NCBI GenBank assembly: GCA_964247055.1
Contig: OZ176056.1
Location: 4,030,001 to 4,094,000, forward strand
Length of the DNA: 64,000 nucleotides
Reading direction: 5' to 3'
Source of the DNA: Paragordius varius
Taxonomy: Eukaryota; Animalia; Nematomorpha
In this document: positions 12,846-25,683 of the stretch, piece by piece
Layout of the letters: the number at the start of each line of letters is the position of its first letter
How positions within the stretch are numbered: position 1 is the first letter of the stretch
Program-made: the position numbers and the translations under genes
The notes under the pieces: generated by a model
Seen by the model: only the letters and a program-made list of their open reading frames with translations
The model's database searches: none
What the model was told of the DNA's origin: nothing

Positions 12846-14958
12846 TATTTTTTTCAATCAAAAAATATTTACGGAAAATACTTTTTATACGGCACTGGTA
12901 ATCACTAAAAAAATTAAAATGGGTAAAAAATATGTTACTTGTCTCAAGGGCCGTAATATCGATAAAAATTTCATGGATGTTTGACAAGTTTGCAGAATAT
13001 TTATGCCCTAAATAAGTGTATTAAAAAATTATATATTACTTCTTTAGAATGGGGTTTTGATAGTTTTTATATAGACTATACTCATAATAAAGTTAAATAA
13101 AAGATTTTCCATTTTTTAGGAATGACCAATTATTCTTTTAAATATTATTACAAATCTATATAATATAGAATATATTAATTCCTTTTTTTATATAGGTTGG
13201 CCCTAGTGATGGGAATAAAGTCCATTTTGTTATATCGAAAGCTACAAATATTTTAACCCAAAATCACAATTAAACGCATTTTCGATTTGATTATTATCAT
13301 ACAAATATATGGAATACATCTTTTTAGATCATATATTCAATATCATCACATCTTCAATTTTTTTCAAAATAAATTAATCATTTATCCACATTAACAACAT
13401 ATCACTATAAACTGACTCTAATTACCACAATAAATAAGCTACAAATTATATTTATTGAATATCACTTATTAAATGTAAAATTACTCAACCACAGATTGTA
13501 ACGCGGTTCAGTTTAACGGTTCCGGATAAAATAAACTCTGTTTGAAAAAATATTTTAAGGAATTCTTTCCGATTCCATTCTTTTGTTGGTCGATCCGATC
13601 TTTATTTTGGTTTCATTTTTTCAAATCACGCATACCTTAATAATTGTGCTGCATTTATCTGAAAGTCAAAATACTTTTATATTTCAAATTTAACAAAAAA
13701 AACTAAAAGATTAAAAATAGTATTTTTGAGACGTTTGAAACCGTGGGTTAAATTTTAAAAATTGGTCTAGAACTATTTCTAAAAAAACTAGTGGCTTTTA
13801 AAATCACATTTTCCTGCATTTCAAAAACATGATTTGGCTTACTTTAAATAATTCACACTTTGTATTAATAAAAATCTTGTTAATATTAATTATATTGTGT
13901 AAACCCAATCATTTTGATAGAAAAATTAATAAAATTTAAATTATATTTGGACGTATAAAGTGCATGGTTCAAGGATATTTATTATTGAATATTCTATCTT
14001 GCTTAATTTATTTACAAAGATGGTTAATTCATTAATAATAAATTATATTAAAGATGTATATATAATAATACAGATATTCAAGGGCATTTTTATATTTATA
14101 TATTAATTATGTTTTTATTTTTTTAAACAAAAATCATAAGCCAATTCAATGCAATCCATAAAAATCATTTTGGATTATTTAATTTTATCATATTTGTATA
14201 ATTTTGCAACAATTGATTATCATTGATTGTTAGTAATATTGTAATATTTTAAAAAATAATCAACCAGCGTAATGATTTTATTATTGAAAGTATTGACTGT
14301 GGAAGTATTTGCTATTATTATAGTAAGACAATTTAATATTTCTTTTCTACATATTCAAACGTTCAAAATAAACTCTTAAACATTTCAAATTTATCCCCCC
14401 TTCTTTGGGCGATCGAATTAACCCTTAAACATCGTTTTTTTTGTTATATTTCCTTTAAATTCTTTACTTTTATTAAGAAAAAAAGGAAATTAAAAAATGT
14501 TATACTATGCCAAAAACAAATTTTTAGGTATTAATTTAATTTGGCCCAAGAAAAATAATTTATTTAAGGGAAAATTCGAAATTTTTGAGGGTGAATTAGA
14601 AATATTCGGGTTTTTTGCAACTAAAGCGATAATATACTTAATATTGGTTCAATTAACCCATTGGTATTTTATTTGTATCAGATAGTTTTTGAAAATTAAT
14701 CAATTACTACAAAAAAAATTGTTCTTATTTTAAACGCCATAAAAATAATTTTTAAATAACTTGCTTATTAAGATTAGAATAATTAGGTTAGGTTTTAAAT
14801 ATGATTCCTCTTTCACATAATTAAGAATGATTATAAAAATTTCGCGCATTCTAATCATTATGTCGTTTTTTACCCTAAAAAATATTTTTGAAATTAATAA
14901 ATTCCAGATTAAGTCTTATTTCTTTGCTTCAAAAATTAATATATCATTAAACTTTTAG

Positions 14959-17900
14959 ATCCAAACAATGATACCAGGTTCAAAAAGCGCTACTTTAAGC
15001 CCCTCCGACTTTCAAATCATTTGGAATGCACCCACAGAAGTTTGTGGAAAACGGTAAAATACTATGTCTCTTTTCTTACAAAACAATTTGGTAAAAATAT
15101 ATATTTTTGTCCATTTATTTAAATTAAATAATTTTGCAGAATATATTGACAAAAAAGGCATAGGTAAAAATGGTATACAAAACAATTAGGATATCATACT
15201 AAAATATTAGTTCTTAATGTATTTTGTGATTTGCATAAATTGAAAAAACCAAAAAATAATAACCGAATGTAAATCATTGAACCAAATGATATAAACGATC
15301 GTAACTTATCGTATATAACCAATATAAAATACTTCAACAATGAAAATCCCTGATCCAAAAATATTGTCAAGAATATTATATAGGATAGCAAGCGTTAAAA
15401 GGTTTAAATCATATTGGGCTTCGTATAAACCATAAAATCGAATAAAACATATTGCAATCAGTAGAATTTAAGTGTCAAAACTAAAAAATCACATTTTTTG
15501 GTACATTAGATATGGCCATGATTTAAATATCTCATCCTATGGGATCATTGCTAATAATGAAGAACGATGGAACGGGGAATTAATAAATTTGCTCTATATA
15601 ACACAAATGGGACTGTGGCCTCGGCTAATTGTAAGAAATGCCTGAAATAAATCTAGAGATACGCTAGAAATTGATGAAATAATCAACGACGGTCTTCCAC
15701 ACAAAGCTAATTTACAAGCACATTTTCAAAAATTACAATCTGATATTAACAAATATATACCTGATCCTAATTATTCGGTAGATATTCTAAATTATAATTA
15801 ATTTTATTGATTATAATTCTAACTTTTTATCATTGTTATTTTCACAAGGGATTAGCCGTATTTGATATGGAGGAATATTTACCTGATTGGAACAGCATGC
15901 GCTTTGGTCCCTACCTAAAATACAGGGTATTTTCGTAATATAACGTGCTCCCTTTATGCTCTATTTGAGTTGTAATTTTGAAGTTATAAATCATAATTTA
16001 TACAGTCCTTACAATTTGATTCATCAAATTATCCGTTTAACGACAATAATAATTGCAAATAGTTGGTATATGATGTTAAGTAATTCTGCTACTTCCAATT
16101 AACGGAATTTTACAGATATTAGTGGCTCTAATGCCATACAAGTACAATAAATGAACTGGTGAAAATGTGTAAAACAGCTGATAATTTTAGTTTTTTGGGC
16201 GGTAAACAGATTGAAAATATTTAAATTTACGACAAATGTTAATTATCAATCGGATATCTTCCCACAGATTGACAGTAGCAGTTTCAGATGCAATATTTCA
16301 CTCCTACAAAGATTAGTTTGAAAAATATAATAAATATTATTAAATAATGCAAGATTAACTTTTAAAGGAATTCAATTTAGTTAACAACCACTTCTATTTT
16401 ATTTTTTTCTATTAAGCACTATGCCCAAAAGATATACAAATCAGAGCATCCCAATGCTAATACAAGCTATGCTATAACCAATGCAGGAAAGGAATTTGAA
16501 GCCGGATTAAAGCATATGATTTTAGAAACATTGTTTAAAGCCAAAGCTCAAAGACCCAAGGCGCTTTGGGGTTACTGGGGATATCCCAAGTGTACCAGGT
16601 TTGAATCAGAAATGACTTGATATACATATTTTTAAACTATTTTTAGTGTCCTGTTATAAACCTACCTAAACGCTAAAATTTTTTTTATCGGAAAATGGAA
16701 TCTCGTTGGCTTTTTATTCATTAATTTAGCTACATCAGAAACACTATATGCCAATATAAGAATTTCGCTAATACAACAACTTGTCAGGCTTTAGGTTTTA
16801 TGGAAAACCAATAGGGTTTTTTTTAGAAAACTGGGATTGGCAAATAATGCAGCTCTTCTTGAACATGTCATAAAAATTCACTTAAATATTTCAAACAATC
16901 TATTTATCCAAAAATTATTTTAATTTTAAGCTAAATTAACTCGAAGCGATATTACTTTTAACAAAGTTTCACATTTTTCCTGCTTTATAACTCATTTTTT
17001 AAAAATATCAAATAATATTCCTTTCAAAAAACCTTGTTTAATAAAGTTTTATTCATGATTCAATATGCGAAAATATGCACGCAACCTATTATTTTAATCA
17101 ATTACATAAAGACAAATTATTTTTAGTTATTGTATAACAAGGGTTTACAACACAAATGACTTAGCGGGCCGCACATTCGGATCAAAACATCCGATGGCCG
17201 CATTCGTATAATATATGGTTATTGGACAAATATTATTTATAAAACATAAGACTGTAAAAATTACTATTTATTAATTTTAGTTAGTTAATTACCGAAATTC
17301 AAAAAGACTTATGCAAAAAATTTGTTAAAGAACAATTTTTTAGATTGATTTTGTTAAATTTCATATTTAAAGTTTCTCGCGGGCTGGACAAATATTTTAG
17401 AGAGCCGGATGAGACCACGGGCCACGGGCCTTGGACGCCCCTGTTGAAATCAAAATGATGTTACGAAAAATTAATTTGGAGAGATGTAATATTAAATCTA
17501 ATTTTTTATAAATTTACAGAACTTTAAATGATTTACAATGTGATGCGATTAAACGTAAGCAAAACAATGCAATAAAATGGATGTTCCATCATTCCAAAGC
17601 CCTATTCCCAGCCATGTATTTGAATGAGAAAGCTTTGCCAAACGTGGAACATCGTGGCATATTCATGATAAAAAGTAGAAATTGCTAATTTTGAATTATT
17701 TAAAGTTTAAAACATATGTTGGGCAATGATTTGTTTTACAGTGAAAATAATTATTCGTACAAAACATGGTATTATAAAGAAACAAATATATATTTTCAAA
17801 GACAACCACTTGATTTTTCAATTATCAATTATTTACTTACAATCGTATGATAGTGTTACCAATTTACATCTCTATTTCCTATATTACAGTTTAATACAGT

Positions 17901-20298
17901 GAGTAAGTTAGTTATAAAAATCAAGTTTTAAAAAGTATAGAGAGGTATTTGAAAAAAATATTTGTCTTTATGATATTTTGTCTGTATAATTTTAATTTTA
18001 ACTGCATATATATATATGATAAATAGTGATGCTAGAAAGTCGCCGGGTTCGACGGCTTGTGTCAAAACCCCTACCTATTTATGCCTACATTCGTTACACG
18101 TTTCAGAATTCACCTATCTATTCATTTCTGACAGCGAGAGATTTTGAAAATAATATGGGACAGGCAATTGATACCGGATTAAATGGGATTGTAAATATTA
18201 TTATTTATAAAATATTATTTTTTTATTTATTGTTCCCTTATATCAGGGACCAACACGCTTTGACAGGTCAAATATTATTATTTTCACCAAAATATACCTT
18301 GTACTCCTTTAAAAATCCTTTTTTATACTTTTTTATATTAAGGTCGATTCAAAATTTTGATAATTGGGAATAAGATTTGATCCTAATTCAATATATTAGA
18401 TATGTTAGGCATAAGAGGAGAGGTATGCTGGAAGAAGAAATAAAATATTAAACCGATATGATATGAAATATTGGTCATAATTTTTAACGCATTTTCTAAT
18501 ATGCAAATTTGACTATATGATTTTTAATAATGTATTATAATATATCACTAAAACCATAAAAGAGGTATATACGGGTCAATTTAATTGAAAAATTATGCAA
18601 TGTTTTTACAAGTTTTAATTATTTTTTAGATTATTTGGGGTTCTCATTCCGATTTTGGTGATTGCGAAAAGTTAGCCGAATACATGAAAACTACGTTAGG
18701 GTCTATTGCTGCAAAAATGTTGAAGTACTCTAAAGGTAGGATAAATATTATATTGTTTTTCTTCAAACGCTGTATTTTTTATGCATTTTTGCGTATATAT
18801 AAGTAATGATAACTGAATCCAAATATAAGAAAGGTTTTAAAGATTAGCGCGAACAGACTGCTTAATTTATTTTATGGTATTTTGTATGGTTGAAAAGGAA
18901 TAAAACAAAAAAATATTAAGTCACATTTCGATGATGCTGAATATATCTATAACCTTAAGTTTTTCAATAAGATTTGTTAGCCTTCGAAACAATTTATATG
19001 TAATTTCCATCCTATGACGAACGAATTTAATCTGTTGATATAAAATTTATTAAATTACAAATAATATACCTTTTATGGTATCTTAATATGCGTACATACC
19101 GTTTTAACCATACTTCAAAATAACATCAACCAAGTTTCAACAAAACTTTGCTTAATTATATCAAAGCAAATTATGCAATTTTAAAAAAATAATTTATTTT
19201 AAGGTCATAATTTAACATATAATAAAAATGTTGCAATTTTGGCACTTTTACGTTTATTTTAAAAATACGGTTTTGGGTTTTAACAGTTCTGATCAGAACT
19301 CAAAATTTTAATTTTGTAAATATATTAGCAATCTATTTTTTGTGTCATGCATAGTGCACTTAATCTTTATTGAAAAATTGTGTCAGGTTCTCATAAAATG
19401 CTTTTGTTTTAAGGCTTAAGAGTCATTTGAAAAGGTAATTTCCACTGATAATTGCTGGTTATATTAGCGGGCGTACATAATTTTATAAAAAAAGCTTAAA
19501 GGTTAATACTCTACAGACTGTGTCAGCTGCATCACCGTTTTCATGGTTGAAAACATGTGTAGTAATAAAAAAAATATGTTTATATAAATCCATGCATTTT
19601 ACACATAACACACATAACAGGGATTATATAATGCATCTTGTTAGAATATATATATATATAAATATCATAATGCATTTAACTGGGGAGGGGGGGAAGGGGC
19701 TTAAATATAATTTTTTAAAGTATTCTTAATTTTTATGGTGACTGTCCAAAATTAGCCAATATTATTTCAAATATAAAAACTTGAAATATACTATAAAAAG
19801 AATTCTATGTATATAATGGTTTATATAAGTAGTGCTGATTAAAAAATTTAGAAGGCCGTAATAAACATAAATCTTGTCTCAGGGCCGCGAACCATATACC
19901 TATAAAAGTTTCATAGCTGCTTGACACATTTGCAAATGCCGACAGCCATTATAATATTAACAAATTGAATAAATAATTCAGGGCTATAAAGCACTTTTAG
20001 GGCTACATGCGGCCCATGGGCAGCGGTGGTTTATAGAGTTTGAGACAAGTTTAAACCGAAATTGGTATTTTTAGTCAATAAAAGTTTACATTTTTGCCTG
20101 ATTATTATATTTATATTAATATTTATAGCATGCAATGCCATAGTATGTAATTCCACGACCCACAAAAATAAACGATGCATAAATAAATTATTTTTGGGTG
20201 AATCAAGCAAACATATACCTCCCAATGCCTATGCCAAGTTTTGGGATATTCCAAATTACGAAGAAATTGTCAACTTTCCAAATTATGTTTGTCGATGA
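14959..20298 (+). CDS. Hyal: Hyaluronidase (GH56), paralog B; in-frame TGA at 15643-15645, so possibly a pseudogene; start/signal exon not resolved
   Basis: Exons 14959-15053 (FQIIWNAPTEVC), 15510-15777 (NEERWNGE..MGLWP..NDGLPH..IPDPNYS), 15849-15926 (GLAVFDMEEYLPDW, catalytic D-x-E), 16417-16598, 17520-17674, 18027-18190, 18630-18735 and 20129-20298. Splice phases are consistent and the shared exons are collinear with paralog A. Confidence 0.85.
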
Positions 20299-20592
20299 AA
20301 TTTTTAATTATCAAATATCTTATGTTTATGGTTAATAAATAATTCTAAAATTGCCTTTTTGTTTTTCACTTACATTACTTTTACAGTTAATTTATGAATT
20401 TGACCCAATCTTATAAATATTCCCTATAAAAATAAATATCATTTTAGAAATAATATGATTATCATTTTAGCGATATTAATTGATAAAGCTAAAATGTCTG
20501 TTTATGTATTATAAGATAATTTTGAAAGAATTATATTTTTGACAATAACTTAATGTTATCAAGCATAAGAATTTATAATATATAAAAGGAAA

Positions 20593-22694
20593 TCTATATA
20601 TTTATAAAAATGGAAAGTGGTGGCTTTGTTGGAAAACCGGTAGACCAATTCAAATTCAAATGTCAAAAAAATAATATTTGAATGCCCCGACAATAGCTTA
20701 GCTCTTTTTTTAGGTCCCAAGTTCGGGTCCATTCCGTGTAAAAAACAGGTTTTTTTGAAAACACATCCACAAACGTGTTATTGAGACAATTTTCCGGAAA
20801 ACGTGATGGACAATTCAATTTCAAATATGTTTTTTTTACTTATTGATGATTGCGCCGAACATATTAGTCTCGCTTTTTTAATTTAGGCCCTCTTTTTACC
20901 CACTCCCCATGTAAAATGCCATTTTGTAAAAAACTAAGCCCACAAAAATAATTTTTTGAATCTATTCCATCAAAGTATGAGACCGTAAAATTTCAATAAG
21001 GATTCCAGGTATCTGTTAAAAGGCAAAAATTTTAGTCGAGCGTTTCTTTTATATTGGCTGCCGGGTAAGGAGATACCCGCTAAAAACTGCGTCGAAAATA
21101 GCGTGATTTTGGGGCTAAATTTAATAAAACCTATCAGGCCATATGAGTTCAATAGGTGCTTAAAATATTACCCGTAACAAGGCAAAAATCTAGGTCGTAC
21201 GTTTTTTTTAAATTAGCCGTTAATTAGGCCCTTCACGCCCTGAAAAATGCCCCACCATAGAAGGATATTTTAGCTTTGAGGCATTTTTCCAAAAAAATCA
21301 AAGCATATGGAATCAATCATGATTCCAGTTCTCCGTAAAAAGACAAAAAATTTATTTAAGCGCTCTTTTGGATCAGCCTCTGGGTAGGGAGCTACCCGAC
21401 TAAAACTGCGCCACCATATTGAAATTGCGTTATTTAGGAGTTATTTTTCAGAATACATATCCGGTCATATAAATTTTATAAGGGATTGAAATATCGATCG
21501 TAAAAAGGCAAAAAATTAAGTCGAGCGGTTTTAAATTACCCCTTAATTAGGCGTCTTGAAAAATGCGCCACCATAGAATGACTTTTTTGTTTTCAGCCAA
21601 TAATTCGAAAATCTCATTAGAGTATATGGGATCAATCATTATTCCAGGTATTACCCGAATTATAAATTTTAATCGAGCGTTTTTATATTTCGCCCCTGGT
21701 TAGGGGGCTACCCGCTTAAAACTGCTTCACCATATCGATACAGCATGCCTTTGAAGCCAAATTTCAGGAAGCTTATGAGACAATGTGAGTTAAGGGCTTA
21801 AAATATTTATTACCCCTTAAAAAACAAATATTTTAGATAGGGGTTATTTCATTGAGTCGCTAAGTAAAGTTTTACGCCCTGAAAAATGCGCCGCCATAGA
21901 ACAATTTTTTTAGTTTGGAAGCAACATTTCCAAGAACCAATGGGAACATATATCCATGATAATTCAAGATATTCCCCACATAAAGACAAAATTTTGCCCA
22001 ACGCTTTTTTTATACCTGCCCTTAGGTAAGAAACCCGCCCATAATTGCGTCATTATATAGAAATTGCGTTGTTTTGGAACTAATTAGAAAACTTATAAAG
22101 CCATATGTATTTGAAGTTCGAAATATTACCCGTAACTAGGTAAAAAAGGTGAGTTATTTATTAATCAATTTGGGACCTTTATACAAAAAAATACGCCATC
22201 ATAGAACGATTATTTAGTTTTGAGGCATTTGTTGAGATGATGGTACTAAAGATGATTCCAAATATTTTCCCTATAAAAGCAAAAAATTAACTTAGCGCTT
22301 TTTGCATAATAGGTCTACCGGTTTAAAACTGAAACGTCATACAAAAATGGCGTGGTTTTGGAGCTATTTCAAAAAACTTAAAAAGTCTTACGACAATAAA
22401 GGCTTTAAAAAATAACAATAATAAGTTAAAAATTACAGAATAGCGGGTTTTCCCTTTAGCCGTCACTTTGGGGCCTTCACACAGTAAACAATATATTAGT
22501 ACGAATGCACAGTTTTGAAACCTATATGAAGGACCGTTTTTATCCTATAAGATCATAGCTATTAAATAATGTTTCGAAAAAATCCACATATATGGATCAT
22601 TTTATTAAACATTTTTTTTAAAAAAGCGCCCCCTCCACCCCAAGAAGTCCGAAAAACTTCCTCGGGCTGCGTAACAGCACGAGATTTATGCTAG
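20593..22694 (+). mobile_element. Non-autonomous Helitron with internal tandem repeats (copy B, complete ends)
   Basis: 5' end is A|TCTATATATTTATAAAAATG. The 3' end has a GC hairpin CTCGGGCTGCGTAACAGCACGAG (22661-22683) followed 7 nt later by CTAG|T. This matches the A|TC...CTRR|T Helitron signature; no Rep/helicase ORF is present. Confidence 0.75.
20990..22400 (+). repeat. Degenerate ~320-bp tandem repeat (two related ~160-bp halves) inside the Helitron
   Basis: The anchor GATTCCAGGTAT..AAAGGCAAAAA recurs near 21001, 21321, 21641, 21962 and 22255. The equivalent anchors in copy A are near 5615, 10470, 10682, 11001, 11310 and 11611. Confidence 0.75.
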
Positions 22695-25683
22695 TCATTA
22701 ATAAATATCTTTCAGTTAATTTTCCAATTTTTTGTTTATCATTATTTTACGGAATTAATACAAAATTCCGTCATTTACCATTACAATATCATCTTTATCT
22801 TATTTTAACAAAAAAGAGTGCTTCTTATTTATTAAATTGATTTCTATGAAATCCCTAAGTAACTATACTCTAAATCTAGGCGAGTGCTAACAAGCACAAA
22901 ACTAATCTGCGATTACTATTGACCAAAGGGTTTCACATATCGTTTATAATTTCTGATAAATATTTCAATATTTTCTATTTATTTTCGTTTATCATTATTT
23001 TACAGAAACAACAAATATATTAAAAAATATAATCAATCCGTCATTTACCATTAAAATAATTTACGTTTAATATAAATTCTCTTTGAAGTAATAAATCGGC
23101 ATTAGGGACATTATTTTAAATTAGTTTGGCTACCATTCCTTTTTCAACTTTTAATTCGAGTAATATTGCTTTATAGGTATCATTTTTAACCCAAAAAATC
23201 TGACGGGCCGCACATAAAACATTTGTCGTATATAGAATTTAATTACCATTAAATATATTTTACAAATTTGATATTATTTAATATTAACAAAACATCTCAA
23301 GCTTATTTACTTGAATCATCAGTTTCTATGATATTGGAATGAGTCCAACTTAAATATTAAAATTATGGTTAGATAAAAAAATATAGCATATAACAGTTTG
23401 TTTCATTTAAACCTTTTTTGCAATAAAAACCGATTTGGATCGTATCAAAATGTATCTTTTTTTTCGGCATAATTGAGGTATGTTCAGATATTAAAATTAT
23501 TTTTTATACCATATTAATTGATCCTTTAAAGTATATACAATTAAAGTAAAACCGGAAGCCGGATACTCTTGTTGGAATTGTCTTTAGAATTTAAACTAGT
23601 TTTCATCGGGATTGTTTTTGATTTTAGGATGTATTTTGCGTTTGTGTGCTTTTTAAAATTATATCACATATTTTTCAAAAAATATTTATTTTTGATTTTC
23701 AAGAAATTTAAAACTTTTATCATTATTATATATATACATATTTAATATAAAAATGACTTTTTTTATATTCACGATATTATAATGCAGAGGTGGCGTTTAA
23801 ACTAATTATCTCATAGTTCATTTTAAATTTTATTTTTACCTTTGACAAAGATTATTTGTAGTGATCGAAAATTCACTTTAATAAATCCATTCAATTACCC
23901 TATTTATAATCTTAAAATACAATGTAGCCCAATTTTTTATTATATAATATAAAAATTATTTTTATTAGCAGCATAACTGTCACGTTAATATTTCATATTA
24001 ACATAGGTTGAATATTAAAATCCTTTTTATGAGTGTGATATTAGCCTAATAATTAATTTTAATCTCTAAATCTTTCAATTTTTCCTTAAATTTATTGATA
24101 AAATATAGTAAGATGCATATACATTAACAAATTAAGATTAGATTATATAAATTTGGCTTTAGGCAGTAAATACGATACGAGGTGTTAAAATATAATAATA
24201 TATATATATATATTTGCAAACAAGTATGCGTATTTTTAACAATTTTTCAATATAATTAATAATTAAAAAATATTTGTTCATTTATTTATAAAATAAAGTT
24301 ATAAAAATCTTTTTTTGAAAACACAAAATTAAGATACTTAAAATAGTTATGTTTGAAAATATATATATATCACTATAAAAAACACATAATAGTAATATTT
24401 GGTTAATTATCAAATTTTGGAAGTATGATATAATTATATATGCAAAAAATAAGAAGACATTAAAGTGTTTATCACATTGTTCATATGCAAAAATATATTT
24501 TTATATCATTATAATTTATTTAAAATCGTATTTTATGTATATTGTCAATATTTATTTATAAAACATCCATCTAATAAATTATAATAATCTAGTCAAAAAA
24601 TATATATTCTTGAAATCCATTTTCGACAACAGCTGATCTGAATTTTATTTAAAAATTTATTGAGAGACCATTCAATGTTTGCAATAGGTAATATATTTTC
24701 TCCAAAAATTAATTAACTTATTTATATTAGACCTAATAAAAATCAGCTGATTTTAATAATTTCCCTTTTAAATTGCTTAAATATAGTTAATAAAAATATT
24801 GGGTTAAATTATCTGATCATATATAAATAATATTTTATTTTTAAAAGTTAAATATTCTTTTTATAAAACATGTCACTTATAAATTATAATATTGATTAGT
24901 AAATAAGTGTATTAAGGTGAGTTGGAAATATCATAAATGAATTTTTGCTATGTCGCACTTTTTTGCCCTAGTTTTGGGGTATTATATAGCTAAATAATTT
25001 ACATTTTTTAAAGTTATTTTAATTAAAATTGATTTATCCAACATTGTTCACATGTATTGGATTAAAAAGCTTATATTTTTTACATTTTGTTACTTCTAGA
25101 GGCTAAAATTGGGACAGCTCTAAAACACGATTGAAATGAACAGCTGATATTAAATTCAAAATATATCAAATTTTTGCTAGTAAAATGTAGTTTGAAAGCC
25201 TTTTAAAGTCAATTATTTACATTTTCTAACCATCATATGCATTTATTTGCCTGTTACAGCATTTAAAAAAAGAACATAGAAATATGGGCGGCAAAAAAGT
25301 TTGGAAAGAATTTTTTAAAATTTACATTTTTTTAAAAAAAATTGTATAATGCGCCTAAACGACTAAAGAAAACATATAATTCGGTCAATACTTTTTAAAA
25401 TGGAAGTCCAATCATCTGGGATACAAACTCTCCAAAAGGTAATGGAGCTTAGACTTGTTTCAAAAAAATTAAAACCAAAATTGCCTTAATTTTATTAAAA
25501 ATTAATATTAGAGGAGAAAATTAATAAAAGGTTTAAGTAATTCCAACATTGATATGTGACCTGATGTGCGATATTTTTAACTACAAACTTACATTTTATT
25601 TTAAGCGTTGATATAAACATTTTAGGCTAAAATTCATGTACCCAAATTTTTACATTTAATTAAATATTTTTAGGTGGAATACC

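Noticed and set aside
13765-13795. Hairpin plus CTAGT as a replacement 3' end for Helitron A
   Set aside because: The stem is only 5 AT-rich bp, unlike the GC hairpin of copy B; too weak to call.
15385-15505. FKSYWAS as a candidate hyaluronidase N-terminal exon
   Set aside because: The frame contains TAA stops; the true WNAPTEVC exon is at 14959-15053 and joins in phase.
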